Below, in pieces: positions 35,347 to 49,309 of a stretch of DNA of 64,000 nucleotides. Source of the DNA: Balanoglossus misakiensis (Eukaryota > Animalia > Hemichordata); the NCBI GenBank assembly GCA_040954595.2, contig CM082578.2, positions 10,299,166 to 10,363,165 of the forward strand. Direction: 5' to 3'. A model generated the notes under the pieces. The model was not told the DNA's origin and searched no databases. It worked only from the letters and a program-made list of their open reading frames with translations. Made by a program: the position numbers and the translations under genes. Within the stretch, counting starts at the first letter, position 1, and every line of letters begins with the position of its first letter.

Positions 35347-38300
35347 ATGGTGGCAGATCCCGAAATTGGCAAAAAGTCGACGAATGGCTGCGTTGTCACC
35401 AAGACTGCCGGCTTTGCAGTTCTGTTCATCGTATGCCTTCTCGTTGCCGGGGCTGCCTTGTTGGCTTACTACCTGCCCGAGAGAGAATGCACCGCCGCGC
35501 CGCCTCCGACAGTCAGCGAACCCGTGGAAAGTAGAATGCCGACACCGGTAGAGGTCCCCGACGTTCCGCCGACCGTGGAGGGAAGACTGCCCGACACCCT
35601 GATACCCTATCACTACAACGTGCGCCTGAAGGCATATCTGGATGACGAAGACTATCCGGCCGGGGAAAAGTTCCTCGACATCCGGGGAAGCACGAAAATA
35701 TTCGTGAACTGCTCGAGGTCGACCAACGACATCTACCTCCACATAAAGAGCGTGTCCATCGACGCGGCCAGCATCGATATCTGGGACATCACGGGAGGAC
35801 AGGAACGACAGATTTCGGTGTCGTCAACTGACGATTCCGAAGTGGAGGAAAATCAGTGGTATATCATCAGAACCGCGCAACAGCTCCAGCAAAATCACCA
35901 CTACACAATCCAACTAAGTCACGTGGGTACTTTGGACCAGAGCGATTATCTAGGCTTCTACTACGCTGGATATGAAGAATATGGAATTCAAAAGTAAGTG
36001 CATGGACTTCGTGTCAAGAAAATATATACCGCTAAATCAAGTAGAAGATCTGGAACCCATCCCGATCTTCCTGGTATTACTTCCGCAATCATCTTCAAAT
36101 CTTTCACTTAACTCTTTCTTATCTGCCCGGGTATTTGCTACGAAACTGAAGGACTCGTGAATCAGACGGAAAATTCCGCAACTAACATGCCACTGATCGT
36201 TAGCTTGCAAACCCCAATTAAAGAAGTAATTGCATTTTTATCTGATCTAGATTTCTTACGTCATTGGATGACCCTGCACAGTTGTCATCGAGCGCGGGCT
36301 GATATTACGCGACATCTAAGAAATATTTGATGATTGTGTTTGCAGGAATCTCAGTCAAACCATGGAAGTGGTCACGTGCGACACGACAGTTAACAGTATA
36401 ATACCCCCTTGCTATTTCAGTGATAAGAAAGGGGAGGATACAGGGCTTAGAGTCGCTCTTTTGTCGTTAACTGATTTTTGCTTCATGTGCATCTCGTAAT
36501 GCCCTCGTTGCGTATATTTTGGCGGCGATGGAACACTATTACTTTGGTGCTCGTAATAGGCCATATACACAACAAAATGGAGAACCAATCAATCTTGGCG
36601 GTAAAATAAAAAAATAAAACTTGTGTAGCACTTTTCACTTCAATTCTCGTTCACATACATGTACTTCTTCAATGCGTCATAAGAATATGTATTTCTGATC
36701 AGTTTGCTCATGCCCACATTGGATTGTCTTACATGTACGTTGGTGATTTATCGCGCGCCGGTATTTGTCATAAAGCCATTTCACATAAAAATCGTTCATA
36801 TATGCCATCTGATATGTCTTTGTTCGGTATGTTGACATTGTCAACATGTCAACATACCGAACGTGACAACCAATTCGCTAACAATACATTACTCCGGTTT
36901 TCTTTACAGGAGGTTCGCGGCGACCCAGTTTGAATCAAGACACGCTCGACGTGCGTTCCCTTGCTTCGACGAGCCAGCAATGAAAGCTACTTTCAATACC
37001 ACGCTGGTCTATCGTCCCGGTCGCATGGCACTCTCGAACACTGACGTCATCAGAAATGAAACGTCCCAAGACAGTGTTGGCAACGTTTGGATCGAAACGC
37101 AATATGAGAAGACTGTCGAAATGTCAACGTATCTCAATGCTTATACCATTGGAGACTGGTCATGTATACATAACACCACAAGTCACGAAACAACGGTAAA
37201 AATACAGTCTGCATCTAAGCATGTCTCCCTGTAATTTCCACGATCCCGAAGTTATTTACATGTAGATGTTCAACAAAATATACACTATACCTAAATGCAT
37301 GTACTTCAGATATTTCATTTCATCCCCAGTTTGGCGTATGCAGTCAGCCCTCCCTGATTCATCAGGCTGAATATGCTCTCTACGTCGGCATGGATCAGAT
37401 AACAATGTTCGAAGACCTGTTCGCTATGGGGTACCATCTCCCAAAGATGGGTGAGTATCCGTCAATTTTCTTCTTTTAATCGAAGATAGCTGCACTATTC
37501 AATTCGTCTTTGAAGTGAAGCAGTGAAGTGTTATATTTCTGAGTACGCCCCAACATATCAAAGAACAAACTGACTGTTCACATGTACAAAGAAGTGATTT
37601 TGCTTTGTAGAGAATTCCAATTTCGAAACGTTGTTTCTCTTACTCTATTAACAGATATGCCAGCCGTGCCAGTCTTCGCACCAGGTGCCATGGAAAACTG
37701 GGGCTTGATTCTCTATCGTGAAATCTACATTATCTATGACCCGGATGTTCACACAGCGGCGCGTAAGAAGGGCGTGGCTGCAGTAATCGCCCACGAGCTG
37801 GCCCACCAGGTAACCGTTTTGTGTCCTTGCCCACAATTCAATTATTATAATACGGTTTGACTCTCTAGCATGACGTAAAGCAACAATTTGAGCGCCTCCA
37901 CATGCTCACGAGAGCATCAATTAACATTTTTTTTTATAAATGAGCACGTAGAAAAGTGGACGTGACTATCTAAGCTTTTAAGATTCATCAGTAGGGAAAT
38001 CGTTTATCGCCAATTCCTCTTCAGTGGTTTGGTAATGCCGTGACGATGGAGTGGTGGAACGATCTGTGGCTGAACGAGGGATTTGCTACATTTTTTCAAT
38101 ACTATGGACTGGATTATTCCGAGAAAGGTTACGAGACGGTAAGCGTACCGACATACATACTGTACACTAGTCAAACTTGAATCCCGTTTGGCCAATTACA
38201 GCTACTTCTGTGATATGTGGAGCTATCTCGTCAATCTTTGGTCATATTTACATGCTGTCCGTCATCGGTGTATATTTAGTTGTTGCGTTTGCTTCTTGAT

Positions 38301-41300
38301 TTATTTTAAACCGATTTCTGGTTTACTCCTCATTTCAGTTTGATCAGTTTTTCCTGAAAGACAACACTTACCGCGCGTTTGCATCCGACCAAGTGGGAAC
38401 GTCAAGACCAGTGGTAACACCGACGACATCTGGCCGCATGATTTATCAGAAGGTGACACTGAAGTTGTTAAACATATTATGTTCTTCCCGCCGATTTCTG
38501 CGCTGAACATAGCAAACTAGTCACGTGGTCACTGGCGTGCTGCACGTTGTTCTAACAATAATTCAAAGGCCAAGGAGTCTGGGCATGGTGGTCAGAGCGA
38601 GATGGCGACTTTGCATGTACTCAAATAATGTTGGCATTTTCCATTTTCTGGTCACAGGGAGGCGTTCTTATCGAGATGATGCGGAGCTTTCTCGGCGAAG
38701 ACGTTCTCTTTGAAGGGTTCAGACGTTATTTGAAGAGACATGAATGGGGTAACACCGTCACTGACGATCTGTGGCAGTCGCTGACTGAGGTGAGAAACCA
38801 CTTGTTGGAATTGTGATGAATTCACTCAATGTTGGCACTACATTTTCCGAAGTCTACAAGTTCTTCAATACGTCTATATGACTTCTTGCAGACACAAGAA
38901 GATTTGTCCGGTGTGAGCATGAAAGAGAGCCTGGGCTACGACATGAAAGATCTGATGGACACGTGGTTTCTACAAATGGGTTTCCCCGTCGTGAAATTAA
39001 CGAGAACGTCGACAAACCTGGTGACCGCGACGCAAGAGCAATTCTTTCTCGATCCAAATGATTCACCGAAGGACAAGTATTACACCAACCTCGGGTTAGA
39101 AAATGTTTGTCAAACGTACATCATATGACGAATAGAAAAAAAGAACACAACAATTAAGCTGCTCTATTTACTTTCTAATGCGGACTTGACGTTGAAGTTT
39201 GTTTCAAGTCCATTTAGGGGAGCGTCAACCGACAGTAGTGATTATTGAGACGCCTAAAGTCAATCCACGGGGGAGACTTGGAGAGACAGAACTAGAGAGA
39301 GATAGACAGACAGACTGACTGACTGAGATAGAGAAGGGGAGAGGTAACACAGAGTCAGAGGTCCGTTGAGAATGAAAAATACACAGAGAGAAAGAGTCCA
39401 TAATTAAAATTAATTCTTTTGACAGTTATGCTTGGCACATTCCCCTGACGTATACATACGAAGGTGAAATGGAGTTCCACGACCCAAAACGATTATGGCT
39501 GCACAAAACTGGAGGTCAGTATAATCTTTCTTCATAGTCGCGTGATGTGCAATCCGAGCTGGCCTGTGGAGAGTTATTGTAGATACATAGTAGTTCTGTT
39601 GAATTGCTTGCATAAATTATTTTTATAATCAAGCTCTAAGAAAGACTGATTTATTTTCGTTCTTTGTGACACAGGTTCCGTAGTCATGAACGGAATGACT
39701 AATTTACACTGGTACATCGCCAATGTCAATCAATCAGCGTACATTCGCGTGAACTATGACGTCGACAATTGGAGGAAGTTGGCCAAGCAGCTGCAGTATG
39801 ACCACAAGGTGAGTGACACCCACTGACAACCGATTAAAGAGACATCAATCAGATATATGGTGATTTCTAACAGCTGTTCGGTGAAGCAAATGAAATGTGG
39901 CAGTGATAAGCAACGATGGAATTAACGAATTCGTCATCAAATCAATGCACATAATTTAATTCAATTTAATTTTGTGAAGGCTATACCAGTAAGAAATCGA
40001 GCCCATCTCATCGACGATGCATTCCACCTGGGCCAAGCTCATCATCTGGATCACGTGGTCGCCCTGGAAATGATCGAATATCTCAGCAAAGAAAATGAGT
40101 ACATGCCGTGGCAGGCCTTTGTAGCTGACCAATACTACACCAAGTACATGCTGTGGCGGACATTTGCATACGGAACCTACGAAGTAAGTAAACCCTTTAC
40201 ATCACACCCTGGTCAGTTGAATTGTTTGGACGTCGGGCCGTGCAACAGAATTAAATTGTGTACTTTCACACATGTGAATTTCCTTTCTTTGTCACCTAAC
40301 TCCCATCAATTGTAAATCCATTTTTTTTTACTTTTTCTCGCAAGAAATACATCCGACAACTTATGTCAGCAAATTACGACTCGATGGGCTGGGAATTCGA
40401 TTACAGAAATGAAGACACGGATTAGTAAGTTCATTCATAGACTCTGGAGCTCCGGGGTCTATGGTTTACCCAGCAATTTTAATGTTCGACTTTATTTTAT
40501 TATGTTCTTGCATGCATTTGAATTTTTAACACCTAAACACGCTTGTGTTTTTACACCCAGTTACAGACGTCTAGATACCTTACGAGTATCATGTGACTAC
40601 AGCCATCCGGACTGCGTCGAAACTGCGTCTGCGCAGTTCAAAGCATGGATGACAGATCCAGACAATAACCTGTATGTACTTAAAGAGATGACGGGGTCAT
40701 TTCTAAAGTAATGGATATATTGAGACATTTCTTTAATCTAGAAACGAATTTCAGGTTCCCATTTCTGTGCCAGAAAGTGTGACGCCTCTTTCTCGCGTCC
40801 GACATTTTTTGTGACTACATTGAAAGTGAAGAAAATGTGAATGTCATTGCTGACACTTCATCCCTTGATAATTAACTCTTACCAATCCCATGTTTTTCCT
40901 TGTCAACAGGATTGAACCGGACATGCGCAGTAATGTGTACTGCGCTGCAATCCGTTACGGAACGGATGCAGAATGGCAATTTGCATACGAACGACAGAAA
41001 GATGACAGTGGCGAAAGATCAAGATTACAGTCTGCTATGGCTTGCAGCAGGGAGTCTTGGACCTTACAAAGGTGAATCATTAAAATAGCTTTGGGGGGGG
41101 GGGGGAGAAATTGTAGTTGATGTCCTTCAACAACATACACGCAAACATAATGATATCAAAAATATGACATTCCCTTCAAATCAATTCCGATCTCCCATTC
41201 TAGATATATGGAAGAAGCTTTGGAAGGCAACCTGTTTAACTCCAGGACTGTTATAGGCTATGTCAGAGACAATTCGGGGCTTGGATTCGATCTAGCTTGG

Positions 41301-41907
41301 GATTTTACCGTTGCAAACTTTGACGCGCTGAAAACCGAGTAAGTTAAAAATCCTGCCATGCCAACACTTCTCTCGGTTTTAACAACAGAAGTAAACTGCA
41401 AAGATAGTATCGTAGATTGAACATCGAGCGATAGTCTTCTATGAGCCACTGTACTGTCGTTCATATAACAGAACTAAGTTACCGTATTTGTTAACACCCA
41501 CAGGTATAACGATGGAGCGTATGATATAGTTTGGTCCTTCGCTGGTAAGATGAACACTGATAAAGATCTCCAAGAGGTAAGATCGCCTTTAAATTTGCAT
41601 ATTATACTTACAGTGTACTCATTGTTCGTGCGTTTGTGTGTGTGTGTGTGCGTGAGTGTGCGTGTGTGTTATGTACGGTTCTGTCTATCTGTCTGTCTGG
41701 TTGTCTGTCTGCCTATCTATCTAATTCGTTATGCCTTTATTATTTCAACAGCTGAACGACTTCGGATCCAAGTATTACGATATGCCAGGCACGGAGGCCA
41801 ATGACTTCTACAACGCCGTGCAAGTCGTTGAAACAAACATTGGTTGGGTTAACAGAAATATGGAAGACATCGAATTATTCCTCAAGGCATATTCACATAA
41901 CATGTAA
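35347..41907 (+). CDS. ANPEP-like: Aminopeptidase N-like M1 zinc metallopeptidase, paralog C (17 exons, ~971 aa, type II membrane anchor)
   Basis: Exons 35347-35993, 36910-37195, 37330-37450, 37655-37809, 38025-38138, 38339-38452, 38658-38789, 38892-39094, 39426-39514, 39675-39808, 39980-40183, 40345-40424, 40561-40671, 40910-41071, 41204-41338, 41504-41576, 41752-41907; total 2916 nt, in frame. TM segment [21 protein letters not shown]; motifs [29 protein letters not shown]. Confidence 0.95.
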
Positions 41908-44172
41908 CATCAGCCATTTTTGTAAAAGCTTTTTTATCAGTAGCAGTTATATCAAGTAACGACAATTACTGTAGTCCTCTTTTCAAAATCTGGAATTATT
42001 TCAAACATTTGTTTTCCGGGCTGGTGTATATTTTTGTACGAATGGGAACGTGCATTGATTAAAGTAAATGGATTTTACAACGATTGTACTCTGCGAGTTA
42101 TCTGAAGAGAAGCGTTTTTGTCTGTTCAAACAGCGTCGACTAAATGCTATACTCTCATATATGAAAATTTAGCCACAGCTGACGTGGAAAGAGGATTGCA
42201 CCAAGGTGACCATGCGAAAAAAGTGCGCGACCACATAGTCATTAGAAGGCTCGGACACATCCCCTGAACCATACATATATGTTGGTTTATGCATTGATCT
42301 CTCGCCGGGGTCCATGGTTTATGTAAATGAGAGGTGACTGTATTCCGCAAAACCATTTGCATATATAGAACCAGTATAGACACAGGTAACGGCGAAGGTG
42401 TCGTCTGATTGTTACACGCATCATGTTATATTCTGTGTCAGAGCCATAACTCTCTGTTGCTGTTTCAAGTACAGTATTCATCTATCAATATTTAACGTGA
42501 AGCGTGAGACATGAGATAAAACTCGTCAATTTTGTAAAGAAAATCTGATCCTTACCTGCGGGCATATATATTTAATATCCTAAATTTGAACTCGGCCGTA
42601 TTTACGTACATCATTACCAGACACCAACGCAAGATGGCGGTAATGCATTGATTTATCGTGTCAAGGGAAATATCTCCAAGCGACAATTGGTGGTTTGTGG
42701 ATCTCCGGAGAGTTGGCCTTTAGATACGGTTTGCTGTGTTGACAAAGGCGGTAAAATATTTTATTAGTAGGAAATGTACATCTCATCTATGTTGTTATGG
42801 CGACTACAAATAACCTTGAAATCCCATCTGATATGGCTAATTTTTCAATGCCAATTATGACATACAGATCATAAAATCAATCAATTATTTTCGATAGCGC
42901 CAAGCATTTGGAAGTACATTATCATTTAAATAAAAAAAAAATAAGGTTACGTCTAAAATGACAGAGTTTATCGCATTTATAGTTTATTGGTTAAGGGGGC
43001 TGTTTTATGGTCAGATTTATTTCCCTAGTAATCAGGTTGATCTTCACCTATTTGTCCTAAAGTGTTTCAGTAGAACATTACAAGTGAATTCATCGTCTCT
43101 GCCGCCATCCTCTAATGCGGACCAGTCAAAGTCTATGTTGTTTAGTTTGATGATTTCCTGCCTGATACGTACAGTAACAGATAAGTGATTTGGTACCTAG
43201 TCATGAAAAAATCACGCGCTCCTAGTTGTTGGACCACAGTCAACATGACACCATGTGTATCTTCTTAAACATTATCTCACGTGATCAGGAATTTTTTTCG
43301 GTGACAAAATTATCGTTGTCATCTGCTCAGGAATTCCTGACTGCGCAGGTATAATACTTTTGCAAAAATATTACGCGACTCTGTTGAATGCGGGCAATAC
43401 CACGAAAATCACATGCTTCGGCCGTGTGATACCATCACGAAGTTATGAAAGTACGTCTCAGACGGTATTACGTCACAAATTAAAGGACGCATGATTCCAT
43501 AGAAAGGTCGTGTTCCACTGTAAGATTGGAGAGATTAGCTTAAGGGCCCAATTGGCATTCTTTTGCAAAATAGCGACAACTGTACCATACGTTTGGCAGA
43601 TAGCGCTCATCTGAATATTACAATAGAAGACAGACTGATAGCGATTGCATCCGTGAAGGGCTTAAAATCGGTGATAAGAAATCTCTCCAACTCACTGTTT
43701 AAGGTATATGAACTTTGTCCCACTGCCAATGTGGTCATGACTGTGGAAATATATATATCGTGTGAGCAGGTGTACTAGTACAGGGGTACTAGAACGCTAC
43801 AGTGCACGAAAAGTACGGTGCACGAAAAGTACAGGTGCCATTTTCACACCATTTGGCACGGTAGATGACGACTACATGTAAAGAGATTGGGTTGGGAAGC
43901 GGGGGCATGGCTTAGCCACGTTTGTTTTCATGACTGGAAACCGTGTATAAAATATCTAAAAAAGTTGGCATGGTGTCCGAGATGCGGGCAGGACACCGCA
44001 ATGATACGTTCAGTGTAACAGCGATTTTAGTAGGCTATGCGGCATTCAGGGTGACGTCTTCTATCTCGAACTCAATCTTTATGTCTTTTTTAGATAAGGA
44101 CAAACCAGATAACATTTGACCCCACTTCACCCAGAGATTAAAATTAAATTAGCGCACCGCCGCGCCGGAACA

Positions 44173-47100
44173 ATGGCGGATAACATACACCCTGAAAAGC
44201 GCAGAGCGGGTTATTTTGTGTCCAGAATAACAGCTTTTGCTCTCACAGTTTTGTTCGCGGTTGTTCTGATTGCGGCCGTACTGCTGACGCTCTATTTGCC
44301 CGGTTCTGGCTGCGATGACGTCACCGACCCGTCACCTGAAGAGAGTCTGCAGCCGCAGCCCGGGGAGGTGCCGGACGACACGGAAAATTTTGAAGGTCGT
44401 CTCCCCGCTACCCTGGAAGCGTTCCACTACAAAGTGACTTTGAAACCCTATCTGGACCGGGAACTGGACGGGGAACATTTCAAGAAGCTGGACGGCGAGA
44501 CTGAAATCTTTGTGCGGTGCCTGGAGGCCACGACCCGGATTACGGTGCATCACCGACTGATGACAATCTTAGAGTACCACGTCTACGACGTGGACGACGG
44601 CGGCGAGATTGAAACAGAGGGTGCAGAAACGGAGCCCAAGTACGACTGGTTCACCATCAACACTAAGACTTCCCTGCAAGCAGGCAAGGACTATAGAGTA
44701 CACTACGCCTACCAGGGTACGGTCGACCAGGACGATTTGAAAGGTTTCTTCTACGTAGATTATGAAGAGAACGGGGTGCAAAAGTAAGTCACGTTGTTAT
44801 TATACCGCCTTTCTCGTGTGCATAATACCGCGTGATCATAATGAGTCACTTGAAACGGCATAGCCTGCACTGGGGTTTGGATACCAGGCTAGAAACGACA
44901 CAGATTCCAGTCTGAACGGCCGCACTGTTATTTCAATTGCCTGGCACTACCGCTCTGGTGTATCAACCGATTACGCTGATGTTTGGTTTTGCTATCATTG
45001 GAATGTAGGACCCAGCCCCGATAACCTGTCGGTAGCGAAGATTTTATCAATATTGATGTATCTACACTACCTGTACAGCATAAGTCACCGCACGTCAAAG
45101 TATAACATATTCTCGTGGTTTAGTCAAGTAGGCTGTGTCCGCTGTCATCGTCATTCCCCGGAAGAAATAATAAATTTGGTCTATCTTCTGAGCCTTAAAT
45201 TTACCCGAAGCGGCGGTATACATTATATGGATCAAATAGTTGTGAATTGTTTTAAAATGGGGAAGATTGGTATGATAATTTTCACTGGACACTCTGCTTT
45301 CTGGTGGGCGATATATCGTTCACTTCCAGGTCATACGTGGCGACACAGTTTCAATCCACGAGAGCGAGGGACGCTTTCCCGTGCTTCGACGAACCAGCCA
45401 TGAAGGCAACCTTTGACACTGTCCTTGTTCACAGACCACACCACATAGCGCTGTCGAATGCGGCAAACATACAGAATGTATCAATTGAGGATGAAAATGG
45501 CGACGAGTGGTTAGAAGCCCATTATGACACCACAGTCAAGATGTCGACCTATCTAAATGCTTACTTCATCGGTGATTTTGAATGCAAAGAGGATTACACA
45601 GAAACGGGGATACAGGTAATTTCCTACCTAGCGAAGCAGACGACACTTGTTAGAGCGCCATCATGTTATCACATTTTGGCGATTTTTTTCAAACATTTCA
45701 TGTACAGACAAAACGGCCTTTGTTCGTGAGAATTACAGTCACTCCGCTCTCATTGACTCTCTGGTAACTATAAAGACAAGATCAAGTCATAATGTATGCC
45801 TTGCATGATAGATTTGCCTCATTCATTTGCTCCTTACTACTTTTCTCCAGTTTAGAGTCTGGAGTCAACCCTCGAAGCTGAACGCCACCGAGTACTCTCT
45901 CGAAATTGGGATGACGATACTGGAAAACTTTGAAAGGCTATGGAACATTTCCTATCAGCTACCAAAATTAGGTAAGCTCATCAGCACACGCCCCTCCCAA
46001 TGTGATCCCAGTCTCTGATGATACAGTTAGGCCAATCAGTGTAGATATTGCAACGCAGCATCATATATTTACCAGAAAATTAATAAATGATGACCAAGTT
46101 GGTTACCGAAAATGAAAATGGATAGATTCGTCACTTGGATGGTTGACTTCATTTTTCTGTGAAGCATGACCGACTACAAGGATTGATGTATTTCGAGAGG
46201 GTTAGTGAGTTTTTAATAGGGGTGGCCGGGTTTCCTATCAACTTGTGAAAACCGTTTTAAAATAGATCAAGACAAATGGAGGCAATTCTTTGGCAAGTGA
46301 TATGACCGCACATCTTAAACAGTATAGCCTCAGTCTATCCCTTATTCACAATAAGAATGACCTCTTTATCCATTCATGGGATGTCAGCGTCTGAGCATCT
46401 TAATTTTGCCTGATATTGAAATTTTATGCCGTTAATGAAAATCACTTGCAGACAGTGTTGCCCTGCCTGTGCACACTTCCACCGGAATGGAAAACTGGGG
46501 ATTGATCCTCTACCGGGAGCCCTACATGCTCTATGACCCGGAAGTGAATACCCCGGCAGAAAAGAAGGGTGTTGTTGTATTGGTGGGGCATGAAATCGCT
46601 CACATGGTGAGTTTATACCAATAAAGCAGTTCCATCTTTAGGCCACGATGCAATTTCAAATAGCGCGCCATTTCAACTTTGAGGTCTGGACAGATGTAAA
46701 AAGTCACTTTGAACAAACGTATGGGATTCCTAGCTTGCTTCCTCTCACACTATTTAAATGTCAATGTTAAGTTTAGTTTATGCTTCCAATTACTACATAT
46801 TCCCAGAGGATGTCACGAAAGGTACAGTACGATCATGGGTGATTGATATAAAATACTTCGTCGGGGAAATCGAACGTTGCAGGTACTGTTACTGACTTCC
46901 TTGTGAGTTGTTTTATTTATATTTTCTTGGCTGTGATGTCAGTGGTTTGGCAACTGGGTGACTATGGAATGGTGGGATCACATCTGGCTGAACGAAGGTG
47001 TCACGTCTTACTTCGAGCAGTATGGCTTCCTTTGGGTTGAGCCTGACTACCAGCTGGTGAGTGTTGATAAAAAAGTGTACCGGGTTTATGGGTTTTCTGA

Positions 47101-47750
47101 TAGAAGGTTGGGCTGCAAATGGAGAGAGTAAGACAGGCTGGAATTAGCGATAAACACTCGGTGTTTTCCAGTTTAGTGTGAACTACATGTATCATCATAT
47201 TAGCTTGACTTGAGTGATGGATTGAACAGGCAGTATGGACGAACTGGGCAATGTATTCGGAATGTACAGACTTAGACAAGACGGATCAAACGCTCACCCT
47301 TCATTGCTCAACACAAACACACGACCTCATATTCCGCAGCGCAGCTTGCGTTTCATTTCCAGTTCATCTTGCCCCGCGAGACTATTCAATAAGATTGAGA
47401 AGAGGTGAATTATGTCTGCAATAACCGTGTTGTTTCAATGAGTTATGTGCCTTCTGCCCGCAGCGACGGTTCATCACGGTAAAAGCAGTTGAGAATCGTG
47501 TTCGCTTGTAATATATATCTTGAAAAGGATATTGATTTACACTCGATCTGATTTATTTAATAATATCTTCTGGCATTGAAAATAATTTGTCGATCTGTTT
47601 AAGATTATTACATTGCTTTTTTATATCTGTGCTTCCCCTCATGCAGTCTCTATCGATCCGTCCTTCAGCGCATTGCACTTCCGGATTTCGTCGAGTCCAT
47701 CTACTGTGATGGCGCTTTCTTCTACTCTGCTCTTTGATGTTGCTATTTTT

Positions 47751-47802
<52 letters not shown>

Positions 47803-49231
47803 TCTCTCGCTCTCGTCTTACAGCGGGACCAGTTCTTCTTAAAGGACCACACGCACAGAGCCATGCGGGACGATCAATATGGTGATTCCAGACCGTTGGT
47901 GACTCCAGTGGGGTTCTACTCAGAGATCAGTTCTCTGTTCGACATTTTGTCGTACGACAAGGTAAAGACGGCGATGACGCTGCTTTATAAAATATGAAAA
48001 TGCCCAACTGCACTTGACATTTTCGGCACGAACTCGCCATTGGGTACTGCAGTAACTCCAAACAATAAGTCCTATGCGGAATTTGTTGTATTCGGTGAGA
48101 GTTATACAACATGTGCGGAGATTTGGCATTTAGTATTTGTACCACGAATGAAGATATATGCTTCTCTCTATTCTTACAAAGGGGTCCGCGTTAGTACTGA
48201 TGATGAGTGGATTTACTAAAGAGGAAGACATATTGGATGCTCTACGTCACTTCCTGCACAAGCATCCTTATGACGCTGTGGTGACGGATGACTTGTGGCA
48301 CGATTTGACGGAGGTATGATTTTCAATCATGATAAAATTAGTCATTTGCCTGTACTGAAATTTAACCGTTAACTTATTAAAGTGGTCCTTGTCATATAAA
48401 AACCGGTAAGATTATAACAAAATTATCAAAACGTTCCCTATTCTTGTGCCGATGAAGGCCCTGGCAGACGACTACGGAATGGACATAAAAGAGATCATGG
48501 ACCCCTGGGTATTGCAGATGGGTTTCCCTGTGGTTAATATCACCAGAGTTTCAACTAACGTTGTTCGAGCTGCGCAGCAACACTTCTTGTTGGATCCATT
48601 CGATGAACCACAAGATGACCACTACACAAACATGGGGTAAGATGCCGTCTTTTTACTCAATTAGTTGTTGAAACCACTTGTAACAACATATTGATTAGTT
48701 GGTTGGTTGATTGATTGGTTGGTTGGTTGGTTGGATGGATGGATGGATGGGTGGATGGGTGGATGGAATGATTGATTGTTTGATTGATTGATTGAGCCAG
48801 CCAGCGAGTGAGTGAGTTAATATGTGAGTGAGTTAAATGAATGGCAATGCGATTTATTCCAACGAGTGTGGTCAATCCACAGGTATAAATGGAACATTCC
48901 TTTGTCCTACACACACGAAAGGGATATAGATATTCACAATTCACCAATTGTATGGCTCAGGGATGATTCTGGTGAGTCCGTTTCTCTCGTTTAATTGTGA
49001 TTTTGAAATGATTTTGAATATATTGACCTTAGCCGCTTTCTTGGTTTAGCTATGAACAAAATTTGAGAAAGTTTCTCTTCTTTCAGTCGAATTTACTCTG
49101 GAGGGTGCTACCAACCCGGATTGGATTCATGTTAATATCAACCAAACAGCTTACATTAGAACCAATTATGACGTGGAAAATTGGAGGAAACTAGCCAAAC
49201 AGTTATTAATTTCACCCAAGGTGAGATAACA

Positions 49232-49309
<78 letters not shown>

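Noticed and set aside
44116-44172. N-terminal extension of gene D in the ORF track
   Set aside because: It starts at a non-ATG codon; the first ATG at 44173 gives a short cytoplasmic tail like paralog C.
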